Shown: in pieces, positions 9,442 through 19,244 of the stretch
How positions within the stretch are numbered: the first letter of the stretch is position 1
Layout of the letters: each line of letters opens with the position of its first letter
Assembly (NCBI GenBank): GCA_963736455.1
Contig: CAVTON010000001.1
Span: 2,070,513-2,134,512 of the forward strand
Source of the DNA: an uncultured Acidobacteriota bacterium
Lineage (GTDB): Bacteria; Acidobacteriota; Thermoanaerobaculia; UBA5066; Gp7-AA6
DNA: 64,000 nucleotides
Direction of reading: 5' to 3'
Translations under genes and position numbers: made by a program
Notes under the pieces: generated by a model
The model's database searches: none
Told to the model about the DNA's origin: nothing
What the model saw: only the letters and a program-made list of their open reading frames with translations

Positions 9442-9789
9442 TCAGCGGGAGCGCGGGGTCGGTGCGGCGGCGGGGACGGCCGAAGCCAGCCCCGGGATCG
9501 GGGTCGCATTGGGCTTCGTGAGGCTGCCCTCCGGATAGAGCAGCACGATGTCGTCGGGCATGACGAGATGCAGCTCCTCGCGCGCGACTCTCTCGGCCGG
9601 GAATTCGTGCCGGTTGGCCGCCTCGATCGCGGCTTTGAGCTCCGCGTTCTCCTGGCGGCGCTCGGCGATCTGGCGATCGAGCGCCGCGACCTCGGTGCGC
9701 GCGCGCCGGAGCTCGAGCACGCGCCGGTCCGAAAGAAGCAGGATCCCCATCAAAACCGACGACACCGCCAGCGAGACGAAGAAAGCCAT
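9442..9789 (-). CDS. ftsB: cell division protein FtsB (septum formation initiator)
   Basis: N-terminal TM MAFFVSLAVSSVLMGILLL, a coiled coil, and ERVAREELHLVMPDDIVL. The gene lies directly downstream of eno, as in many bacteria. Confidence 0.75.
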   Translation of the reverse strand: MAFFVSLAVSSVLMGILLLSDRRVLELRRARTEVAALDRQIAERRQENAELKAAIEAANRHEFPAERVAREELHLVMPDDIVLLYPEGSLTKPNATPIPGLASAVPAAAPTPRSR

Positions 9790-9836
9790 GAGCGGCCGGG
9801 GGCCTCGGGGAGCGTCCGGGTCCTCCCTGGACGATT

Positions 9837-11452
<1,616 letters not shown>

Positions 11453-11463
11453 AGCATCCCTGC

Positions 11464-12426
11464 GTGAAGTCGGCGGTCATCGCGGGCGGCCTCGTCCTGA
11501 TCGCCGCCGCGCGCTGTACCGTCCTGGAGACCCCGCCCGAGATCGTCCGGTTCAGGATCCGGGCTCCCGACCTGGCGCATCCGCTCTCCGAGTCCTATCC
11601 GGCCCCCGGATCGCCCGAGGACCCCGTCAAGAAGGGAGTCTTCGAGCGCATCAACGAGGATCGGAAGGCTCATAGGCTTCGTCCCGTGGCCTGGGACGAA
11701 TCCGCGTCGCGGGTCGCCGACGCCTTCACGGCGGCCCAGGTCCGCGAGAGCACCCGAGGCCACTACCTGCTCGACGGCCTGCCGCCCTACGCGCGGACCG
11801 GGCTCGCGGGAATCTTCGGGATGGGCGCCGAGAACTCGGTCTCGTGGAGGACGACGGGGGCCCTCTTCCACGAGCCCGCGCTCGAGCTCGCCCTGGAAGG
11901 CGAGGCCGCCATGATGGCGGAGAAGCCCCCCGACGACGGGCACCGCCGCACGATCCTCGATCCGGGCGTCACCCACGTCGGCGTGGGCTGGGCTCAGGGA
12001 GGCGGCGAGTTCCGCATGGCGGAGGAATTCATGACGCGCCGCCTCGCCGAGCTGACGATCTCGAAGTCGGCCGACGATCCGCTCACGGTGCTCTTCCGGG
12101 GAAAGACCGTCGCGGGTCAGCGCCTCGAATTCGTCACGCTCGCCCTCGAGACGCCGCGCCCTTTGACCCGGGCGCAGGCCAATGCGCGCACGCGATACAC
12201 CTATCCCGAACCTCGCCTCGCCTTCGTGCCGGAGGGATTCAAGTCCCTGCTGATCGCGGGCGCGACCGCCCAGGACGTCGTGCGTTTCGGTCCGACCGGC
12301 GACTTCTCCTTCCGCTTCACGCCCTCCCAGGCCGGCCTGTGGACGATCCTCTTCCACACCACCGACGGCCGGAATGCCTCCAGGCCCGGGGGCGTCGCCG
12401 TCCTCTGGGTGCAGAAGGCGTCGTGA
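11464..12426 (+). CDS. CAP/SCP (PR-1-like, YkwD-type) domain secreted protein
   Basis: Signal-like N-terminus. FERINEDRKAHRLRPVAWDESASRVADAFTAAQ and GHYLLDG... motifs of the CAP superfamily. GTG start. Confidence 0.55.
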   Translation: MKSAVIAGGLVLIAAARCTVLETPPEIVRFRIRAPDLAHPLSESYPAPGSPEDPVKKGVFERINEDRKAHRLRPVAWDESASRVADAFTAAQVRESTRGHYLLDGLPPYARTGLAGIFGMGAENSVSWRTTGALFHEPALELALEGEAAMMAEKPPDDGHRRTILDPGVTHVGVGWAQGGGEFRMAEEFMTRRLAELTISKSADDPLTVLFRGKTVAGQRLEFVTLALETPRPLTRAQANARTRYTYPEPRLAFVPEGFKSLLIAGATAQDVVRFGPTGDFSFRFTPSQAGLWTILFHTTDGRNASRPGGVAVLWVQKAS

Positions 12427-12749
12427 TCACGATCCTGGTCGTATCCGGTCCGGCGGAGATCGCCGGAGCATTCGCGCGACACGCGTCGGTCGAGGTGCTG
12501 CACGCGCGGGACGCGGAGGACGCACTCGAGAAGCTCGCCCGGAACCGGCGCATCGATGCCGTGCTCCTTCTGGGCGCCGCGGAGTCGGCAGCGCGGGCCG
12601 CGGCGGCGATCTTCGAGGAGGACCCGGCGCCGCCGCCGCTCTATGCCCCGGAATCTTCGGGAGCCATCCCGAAGGTGCACCCGATCGGCGGCGCCGACCC
12701 GGTGGTCCTGATCGAGGACCTCGCGGCGCGCCTTCAGCCGGGCTCCTGA
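12423..12749 (+). CDS. hypothetical small protein, degenerate receiver-like fold
   Basis: GTGA overlap with the upstream stop. VITILVVSGPAE...IDAVLLLG resembles a REC domain lacking the acidic pocket. Confidence 0.3.
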   Translation: MITILVVSGPAEIAGAFARHASVEVLHARDAEDALEKLARNRRIDAVLLLGAAESAARAAAAIFEEDPAPPPLYAPESSGAIPKVHPIGGADPVVLIEDLAARLQPGS

Positions 12750-12780
12750 GCGACTCGGGACGCGGCGCCCGAAAAGAAAA

Positions 12781-12801
12781 GGGCGGCCAAAAAGGCCGCC
12801 C
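12781..12801. terminator. GC hairpin GGGCGGCC-AAAAA-GGCCGCCC (putative intrinsic terminator)
   Basis: Perfect 8-bp stem seen directly in the sequence, downstream of a convergent gene end. Confidence 0.5.
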
Positions 12802-12849
12802 GCATGGCTCGCACGGGCCTTCCGGCCCGCGCCTCCTCCCTACGCCCCC

Positions 12850-13260
12850 GCGGAAGTCTTCCTCGCGAGAACGTATCCCACCGCAGCAAGAAGTCCGACC
12901 AGGGCGATCAGCCCCTTGACGGACAGCGCCGGAACCGCCGCCAGACGCCCGAGTTGGCGGTCTCGCCCGGGCCGGTGCCCGGCGGGAAGAACTGACCGGT
13001 CCCGGGCACGTTCGAGTTGTAGACCTGCATCGACGTGGTGTCTCCAATGACGATTGTCAAAGGTTTCCGGTGATCGTCACGGTCGCCGTCGGAGCCGACA
13101 GTCGGACCTGGGGCTTCGCGGCAAACACCGGCCCGGCCGCCAGGGCGAGACCCACAACCACGAGCATCAGACGCTTCATGAAGTTCCCCCCGCCTTTCAG
13201 AATTCGTCGGTCAAACGGAATCGGTTCGGTTTTGGCGAGCGCTACCGGTGTCGCGGACAC
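12850..13260 (-). pseudogene. disrupted small secreted protein gene (signal peptide ORF plus out-of-frame TM-basic tail)
   Basis: MKRLMLVVVGLALAAGPVFAAKPQ... stops after 67 aa. It continues in the +2 frame (IVIGDTTSMQVYNSNVPGTGQFFPPGTGPGETANSGVW) and then the +1 frame, ending VPALSVKGLIALVGLLAAVGYVLARKTSAGA. Confidence 0.3.
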
Positions 13261-13385
13261 CTGTCAAGGTGGACAGGTCGAAAAATCCGTCTGCACGGGC
13301 GGACAGGTCCGCGGGGGCAACGCCGGGAGCGGCTCGGCAGGTCCCGAAAACCGTGCTACCTTGCGTCTTTTTGGGGGTTTTCACC

Positions 13386-14132
13386 ATGGGGGGATGCGGC
13401 AGCGGAGGCGGGTGCGGGATCGGGAACGCTTACAACCCCGGCCAGTACGTCGGCATCCGCATCAACGAACACGAGGACGGCCGCAGCGTCCTCTGCGACA
13501 CGATGGGAATCGAGGTCGCCCGCAAACAGAGGGTGATCGTCGAAGGCGATCAGGGGCTCGAATATGCGGAGGTGACGAACCTCCGGCCGATGATCCTGAA
13601 GCAGTGCCAGCTGCGCGATTCGAAGCGCCTCGTGCGGATCGCCGGGGACGCGGATCTGACCTCCTACAAGGCGAAAGTCGGCCGCGAGGAGAGGTTCATC
13701 GCCGATGCCCGGATTCTCGCTTCCGAGAAGCGCATGACGATGAAGCTCGTTCGGGCCGAGGAGACTTTCGACGGCCGAAAGGTCACTCTTTATTACACTT
13801 CCGAGGCTCGGATCGACTACCGGAAGCTCGTCTCCGACCTCGCCATGGCCCACCCCGTCCGCATCGAGATGCGCCAGGTCGGCCCGCGCGACGAGACCAA
13901 GATGCGGGGCGGAATCGGTCCGTGCGGACTGACGCTCTGCTGTTCGACTTTTCTGAAGTCGTTCCACCCCGTAACCATCAAAATGGCGAAAAATCAGAAC
14001 CTCTCACTCAACCCTTCGAAGATTTCGGGGATGTGCGGCCGGCTGATGTGCTGCCTCGCCTATGAGGACGAGGGGGCCTCCGCCAGCCCACGGAGGGCTC
14101 CGCAGAATAATCCGGTTCCAACCCCTGTTTAG
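13386..14132 (+). CDS. PSP1 C-terminal domain protein (RicT/YaaT-like)
   Basis: Cys-rich N-terminus (MGGCGSGGGCG), a PSP1-like core, and C-terminal Cys pairs (CGLTLCC, MCGRLMCC). ATG at 13386. Confidence 0.65.
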   Translation: MGGCGSGGGCGIGNAYNPGQYVGIRINEHEDGRSVLCDTMGIEVARKQRVIVEGDQGLEYAEVTNLRPMILKQCQLRDSKRLVRIAGDADLTSYKAKVGREERFIADARILASEKRMTMKLVRAEETFDGRKVTLYYTSEARIDYRKLVSDLAMAHPVRIEMRQVGPRDETKMRGGIGPCGLTLCCSTFLKSFHPVTIKMAKNQNLSLNPSKISGMCGRLMCCLAYEDEGASASPRRAPQNNPVPTPV

Positions 14133-14177
14133 GCTGTCAAGACGTCCCACCCTTTACCGGGACAAAGAGAGACAGCC

Positions 14178-14555
14178 GTGGTCAATCGCAATTCGTCCGG
14201 CGGTGCCTTCCGAAACGACGACGAGGTCCCCGCCAACCGCAAGCTGATCCGCCCGAACCTGGCCGAGCTGGCCGACCGATATCCGACCCGCTCCTTCGCC
14301 CAGCGCAAGCAAGTCCCCCCCGAGCAGACGAACGCCGAGAGCTACTACTACCTCAAGCAGATGGCGGCCAAGACGCCGATGGTCGTCGTGCTCACCGACG
14401 GGGAGAGGATCCAGGGCTGGATCGAGTGGTACGACAAAGCTTGCCTGAAGGTAAATCGCGAGGGCGGTCCGAACCTGCTCGTGCCCAAGGCCTCGATCAA
14501 GTACATGTACAAGGCCTCCGAGGGGTCGCCGGACGAGTCGAGCGGGAACCGGTAA
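14178..14555 (+). CDS. Hfq-like Sm-fold RNA-binding protein with N-terminal extension
   Basis: YYLKQMAAKTPMVVVLTDGERIQGWIEWYDKACLKVNREGGPNLLVPKASIKYMY aligns position by position with the Hfq Sm1/Sm2 pattern FLN.[43 protein letters not shown]. Confidence 0.5.
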   Translation: MVNRNSSGGAFRNDDEVPANRKLIRPNLAELADRYPTRSFAQRKQVPPEQTNAESYYYLKQMAAKTPMVVVLTDGERIQGWIEWYDKACLKVNREGGPNLLVPKASIKYMYKASEGSPDESSGNR

Positions 14556-14634
14556 GCGGTCTCGCCGCCGGTCCGCCCCCCGGTCGCATCTCGCCTCCGC
14601 CCCCCTTTCGTGTCGAGACCGTCGTGACCGAGCC

Positions 14635-16068
14635 CTAACGGGCGCCCCGGCCCGACAGGACGGCCGGAACGGTCTTCAGCAGGATCTTCAAGTCGAGCAG
14701 CGGCGACCAGGTATCGATGTACTTCAGGTCGAGAGCCATCCACCGGTCGAAGTCGAGCTCGCTGCGCCCGGAGACCTGCCAGAGGCACGTCAGTCCCGGC
14801 TTCATGCTCAGCCGCCGCCTCTGCCACGGCTCGTACCGCGACACCTCCTCCGGCAGAGGCGGACGCGGGCCCACGAGGCTCATGTCGCCGACGATGACGT
14901 TCCAGAGCTGAGGCAGCTCGTCGATCGAGAGCCGCCGCAGCAGGTGTCCCGGCATGGTCAGCCGCGGATCCCGCTTCGCCTTGAAGACGGGCCCCGTCAT
15001 CTCGTTCAAGTGCGAGATTTCGGCGAGCCGCTCCTCGGCGCCCGTCTCCATCGTCCGGAACTTCAGCAGCGTGAACTGGCGGCCGTTCAACCCGCAGCGA
15101 ACCTGTCGAAAGAGGATCGGCCCCCCCGAGGAGAGACGGATCGCGGCCGCCGCGAGGACCTGGATCGGGAGCGTGATCACGAAGAGCGCCAGGGACAGGA
15201 CGAGGTCGATCCCGCGCTTGGCCGCGAGCTCGATCGGGTTCGACGGCGTCGTCGTGAAGGTCAGGAGCGGAATCCCGTCGAGCTCCTCGAGCACGGGCCG
15301 GGCGAGGACGTGCGGGAAGATGTCGAGCGAGACGTGCGCCCGCACCCCGTGGCGCTCGGCGGCGAGCAGGGCCTGTTCGTATTCGCCGAGCTTGCCCTTC
15401 TCGATCACGAAGATGACCTCGTCGATCACCTCCGTGACCAGGACCGATTCGATGTCCGTGATGCGTCCCAGGCAGGGCCAGTTTCCCTTCCGGGCGATCT
15501 CGCTCCCGTTGTCGTCGTCGAGATAACCGACGACGCGAAAGCCCCAGTGCGGATGCCCCTCCAGGAAGTCGCCGAACTGCGCGGCCCGCGGACCCGTTCC
15601 GACGATGAGAGCGGTGCGGAAGTTGAAGCCGCGCGCACGAACCCCGTGCGAGAGCAGGCGGACCGCCACCTTTTCCATCGTGAGAAGGAGGAAATTCAGG
15701 AAGCCGAAGAGCACCAGGAACCAGCGGCTCACGAAATCGAAACGCAGACCGAAGATGAGCAGGACGAGAATTGCCGTCCCCCCGAAGGCCACGCGGGCCG
15801 TGCCCCACATCTCTTCGCCGAGCGGAAGCGTCCGGTGGCTTCGGTAGAAGCCCGCGACGGACAGGAGCAGGCCCCACAGCGGAAGGATGAAGAAGAGCAG
15901 CAGCAGGTACTGATCGAGTGGAACCAGGGGCAGCGGAAAGACTCCCGGAAGCGTCTTCCGCAGGATGCCCTGCCGCAGCCACCAGGCGACGGGAAGCGAC
16001 AACGCCGTCAAGGCGAGGTCCGTCAGGAGCACCCCGAGGGCGATCGCGCGCGCTTTCTGTTTCAGCAT
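14635..16068 (-). CDS. undecaprenyl-phosphate sugar phosphotransferase (exopolysaccharide priming glycosyltransferase, WcaJ/EpsB family)
   Basis: Five N-terminal TMs, and a C-terminal bacterial sugar transferase domain (LVGPRP...ELPQLWNV...WQVSGRS). Confidence 0.8.
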   Translation of the reverse strand: MLKQKARAIALGVLLTDLALTALSLPVAWWLRQGILRKTLPGVFPLPLVPLDQYLLLLFFILPLWGLLLSVAGFYRSHRTLPLGEEMWGTARVAFGGTAILVLLIFGLRFDFVSRWFLVLFGFLNFLLLTMEKVAVRLLSHGVRARGFNFRTALIVGTGPRAAQFGDFLEGHPHWGFRVVGYLDDDNGSEIARKGNWPCLGRITDIESVLVTEVIDEVIFVIEKGKLGEYEQALLAAERHGVRAHVSLDIFPHVLARPVLEELDGIPLLTFTTTPSNPIELAAKRGIDLVLSLALFVITLPIQVLAAAAIRLSSGGPILFRQVRCGLNGRQFTLLKFRTMETGAEERLAEISHLNEMTGPVFKAKRDPRLTMPGHLLRRLSIDELPQLWNVIVGDMSLVGPRPPLPEEVSRYEPWQRRRLSMKPGLTCLWQVSGRSELDFDRWMALDLKYIDTWSPLLDLKILLKTVPAVLSGRGAR

Positions 16069-16110
16069 GAGGCGTTTCCGGCGGCCAGGAACCCGCCGGC
16101 TCCCGCGATG

Positions 16111-17214
16111 TTATGGGATCGCACCCGGGGCTTCAAGAACCGCCTCGTAACGGTCCACGACGTCGTCCCAACGGTAACGCTCCTGTACTCGCTTCCTGGC
16201 TCGCTCATTCCATACGGAATGCGACGCCGGTTCATCCAGGATCCCTTGCAGAAGGCGGGCCAGCGAGGCCTCCTCGCGGACGTCGAAGGGAAGCCCGGCG
16301 CCGCCGGCGACCTCCTCGTTCTCGGGTGTGGCGTTGTAGCAGACGACCCGTCCGTAGCCGAGGGCCTCGACGAGGGCCGGGTGGGTTCCCCCGACCTCCG
16401 TCGCCTGCACGTAGGCGGCGGCATGAGCGAGCAGCTCCCGGTAGCCGTCGCCGTAAATCGCGCCCGGAAAGAGGACGCGAGGATCGGCGGCCGCTCGCAC
16501 GCGCGCGATGTAGCCGGCCGCATAGGGCGCGTCGCCGACGACCACGAGCGGCGCGTTCCCGCGGACGGCGCGATAGGCCCGGACGACTTCGAGGGCGTTG
16601 TTCTCGGGCTCGAGCCGGGAGACGTAGAGGACGTAGCGCTCCGGAGCCAGGCCGAGCCGATCGAGCGCCGCCCGGCCCAGCGGCTGCGGCAGATCTCCGC
16701 CGTACGGGATGAAGACCGAGTCGATCCCGTACCGGCTCCGGTAATAGTCCTGGATGACGCGCGCATCCGAGACCACGACGTCGGGGATCATCGTCGAGAG
16801 GCGCTCGGAGATCCGATACGCGAGCTTGCCCGCCGCGCTCCACTTGCGGCGCTGCCGCTCGAGACCGTCGACGTTCAGGACGACCCGCGTGCGGCCCGTC
16901 AGCCGCGGCACGAAGGCGAAAGCCGCGTTGATCGCGTTGCAGACGAGGACGGCGTCGAATCGCTCGGCCGCCGCATCCACCGCGGACAGCGCACCATGCA
17001 CGACGGTGTCGAGGTACTTGGTGGGAATGGTCGGAAGCACGCGGATCTTCGCGCCGCGGTGGCTCGAGAGCCCGGGCTCGGCGTAGCGCGAGCGCGTGTA
17101 GACGGTGACGTCGTGGCCTCGCGAGGAAAGACGAGCCGAGAGCTCCTCGGCCAGAGTCTCGAAGCCGCCGTACCGGGCGGGAATCCCGCGCGTGCCGAGG
17201 ATGCCGATGCGCAC
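16111..17214 (-). CDS. glycosyltransferase family 4
   Basis: MRIGILGTRGIP...GGFET N-terminus, and a C-terminal GT-B EX7E-like region. Confidence 0.75.
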   Translation of the reverse strand: MRIGILGTRGIPARYGGFETLAEELSARLSSRGHDVTVYTRSRYAEPGLSSHRGAKIRVLPTIPTKYLDTVVHGALSAVDAAAERFDAVLVCNAINAAFAFVPRLTGRTRVVLNVDGLERQRRKWSAAGKLAYRISERLSTMIPDVVVSDARVIQDYYRSRYGIDSVFIPYGGDLPQPLGRAALDRLGLAPERYVLYVSRLEPENNALEVVRAYRAVRGNAPLVVVGDAPYAAGYIARVRAAADPRVLFPGAIYGDGYRELLAHAAAYVQATEVGGTHPALVEALGYGRVVCYNATPENEEVAGGAGLPFDVREEASLARLLQGILDEPASHSVWNERARKRVQERYRWDDVVDRYEAVLEAPGAIP

Positions 17215-17265
17215 GCGCGGACGGTATCGCAGTGCGGAGGCGGCCCAAGGGCCGTCACGCGAAAC

Positions 17266-18246
17266 CTAGGGCTGTAGGGGCAGGGCTTGCCCCGCCCTTC
17301 CGGCTTCTCGCACCCTCGCCTGGATCTCCCGCCGCTTCGCCCACAGCCGCTTCCGATTTCTCCAGAGCCACCCGAAGGCCGGCAGGGAGGAATGCTCGAC
17401 CGTCAGGCAGGCGCCGAGCACGACGAGATCGCGCGAGAGCGTCGGAATCGCGGTTCGGACGAGCTCGCCGCCCGTCTGGTTGTTGATTCGCAGGAGGAAT
17501 CGGTTCTTGACCGAATGCATGTTGGCGAGCGCGGTCATCTGACGCCGCCTCTCGGGGACGTTTCGTCTCCGGTGGGCGGCGACGGCGGAGGGCACGTAGA
17601 GGCAGCGCCAGCCCAGGTTTCGCAGGCGCCACGCGAGGTCGGCATCTTCGCGATAGAGAAAGAAGTCCGCGTCGAAGCACCCCGTGGCGATCCGCGCGCT
17701 TTCGAGGGCCGCCCGGCGGTAGAAGCCCGCGGCCCCCGAGGCTCCGGCGATCTCCTCCTCCCGGACGAAACGGCCTTCCGCGGCCTCGCCCGCGCCCCGG
17801 TCGAAATGACGGCCGGATGCGGTGAAGCGGATCCCCGCCGAATCGAGCACCGGGCTCCGCGAGAGCTCCGGCCCCTCGGCGCGGTAGAGGCGTCCCGAGG
17901 CGGAGCCGACGTCCGCGGCGTCGGCGGCATCGAGCCGGCGCGCGAGGGTCGCGGCGAAGCCGGGCTCGAGACGGCAGTCCGGATTGAGAGCGAGCACGTA
18001 GCGCCCCGTCGTGGCGTCGATCCCGGCGTTCATTGCGGCCGCGTACCCGACGTTCTCCGAGAGGCCGAGGAGCCGGACCGCGCCGCCGAAGGCCCGCGGA
18101 GCCTCGCGCGATCCGTCCGACGAGGCATTGTCGACGAGGAGGGTCTCGCAGGCGATCCCGGTCTGCCGGACCGCCGACGCGAGCGAGATTGGCAGGTCCG
18201 CACCGCTGTCCCGGGAGACGACGACGATCGAAACGTCGCGGGTCAT
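17266..18246 (-). CDS. glycosyltransferase family 2
   Basis: MTRDVSIVVVSRD...LLVDNASSDGS...NPDCRLEP. GT2 DXD-type motifs. ATG overlaps the upstream stop. Confidence 0.7.
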   Translation of the reverse strand: MTRDVSIVVVSRDSGADLPISLASAVRQTGIACETLLVDNASSDGSREAPRAFGGAVRLLGLSENVGYAAAMNAGIDATTGRYVLALNPDCRLEPGFAATLARRLDAADAADVGSASGRLYRAEGPELSRSPVLDSAGIRFTASGRHFDRGAGEAAEGRFVREEEIAGASGAAGFYRRAALESARIATGCFDADFFLYREDADLAWRLRNLGWRCLYVPSAVAAHRRRNVPERRRQMTALANMHSVKNRFLLRINNQTGGELVRTAIPTLSRDLVVLGACLTVEHSSLPAFGWLWRNRKRLWAKRREIQARVREAGRAGQALPLQP

Positions 18247-19244
18247 CAGGAGCCGGGCTCGAACCCCGCCGCGACGGCGAGCACGCGGAGGTACGCCCGC
18301 GCCGCCACGCCTCGGGAGCGCGGCACGTCGCGGCGAAACGGCAGCACCGCGAGCCTCAGGATCATGCCGGACGCGAGCAGAACGCGATAGGCGGCGCGGG
18401 CGAGCGGGCCGTACCGCGCATGGCGGTAGCGCTGAGCGTTGCGATAGAAGAGCGGGAGGAAACGGTCGTAGCCGAGCCGCGACGCGGACGCGCCGCCGCG
18501 ATGGCGGAACCGGGCCTCGGGCAGGTAGAGGATCGAGCCCTCCGCCGCCAGATGCGCGCACAGCTCCACGTCCTCGTACCAGGCGGGGACGTAACGCTCG
18601 TCGAACCCTCCGACGCGCTCGAAGACGTCGCGCCGCACCGCGAGCGCGGCCGCGGCCGCCTGCTCGACGCGAAACGCCGCGTCCCGGCCCTCGTCCGCGT
18701 AGCGGCTGCGGCGGCGGCCCGGATGGTTCGGGGAGAGGTGATCGATCAGCAGCAGCTCGGTCGCGTCGGCGCCGAGAGACGGCAGCCGGCGCAGCTGGAA
18801 GGTGGCCTGGTCTTCGCGGCCGGGCGGCGAGAGCCGGAGCGGTCCCGGCGGGGGGGCATCGCCGTCCATTTCGACGAGCCTCGGCGCGACCGCGACGATG
18901 CCGGAATCCGCGTCGAGGGCGCGCGCGATTCCCGTGAAGGGCTCTCCTTCGGCGCGCGCGTCGGGATTGAGAAAGAGCAGCGCGTCTCCCGCGGCGGCGG
19001 CGGCGGCCTGATTCGCCGCGGGACCGAAGCCGCGATTCTCCCGATTCGCGAGGAGAACGGCATCCGGCCACGCGCGCCGGAGATCCTCCGCGGCGAGACC
19101 TCCGCCGTTGTCGACGACGACGAGCGACGCCTTCACCCCGCCGCGAGGAATGCGCGCCCGCGCCGCGGCCAGAGACGCCACGGCCTCGGCCACGTCCGCG
19201 TCGTCCCTCCACGCCACCACGATCGCCGTCACCTCGCGGATCAT
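18246..19244 (-). CDS. glycosyltransferase family 2
   Basis: MIREVTAIVVAWRD...VVVDNGG...LFLNPDA. Overlapping start and stop codons with both neighbours. Confidence 0.7.
   Translation of the reverse strand: MIREVTAIVVAWRDDADVAEAVASLAAARARIPRGGVKASLVVVDNGGGLAAEDLRRAWPDAVLLANRENRGFGPAANQAAAAAAGDALLFLNPDARAEGEPFTGIARALDADSGIVAVAPRLVEMDGDAPPPGPLRLSPPGREDQATFQLRRLPSLGADATELLLIDHLSPNHPGRRRSRYADEGRDAAFRVEQAAAAALAVRRDVFERVGGFDERYVPAWYEDVELCAHLAAEGSILYLPEARFRHRGGASASRLGYDRFLPLFYRNAQRYRHARYGPLARAAYRVLLASGMILRLAVLPFRRDVPRSRGVAARAYLRVLAVAAGFEPGS

Noticed and set aside
7512-9509. 665-aa minus-strand ORF overlapping GH127
   Set aside because: It is an alternate frame of the GH127 gene region. It is Arg-rich and lacks the Tat signal and Cys motif found in the 7538-9364 frame.
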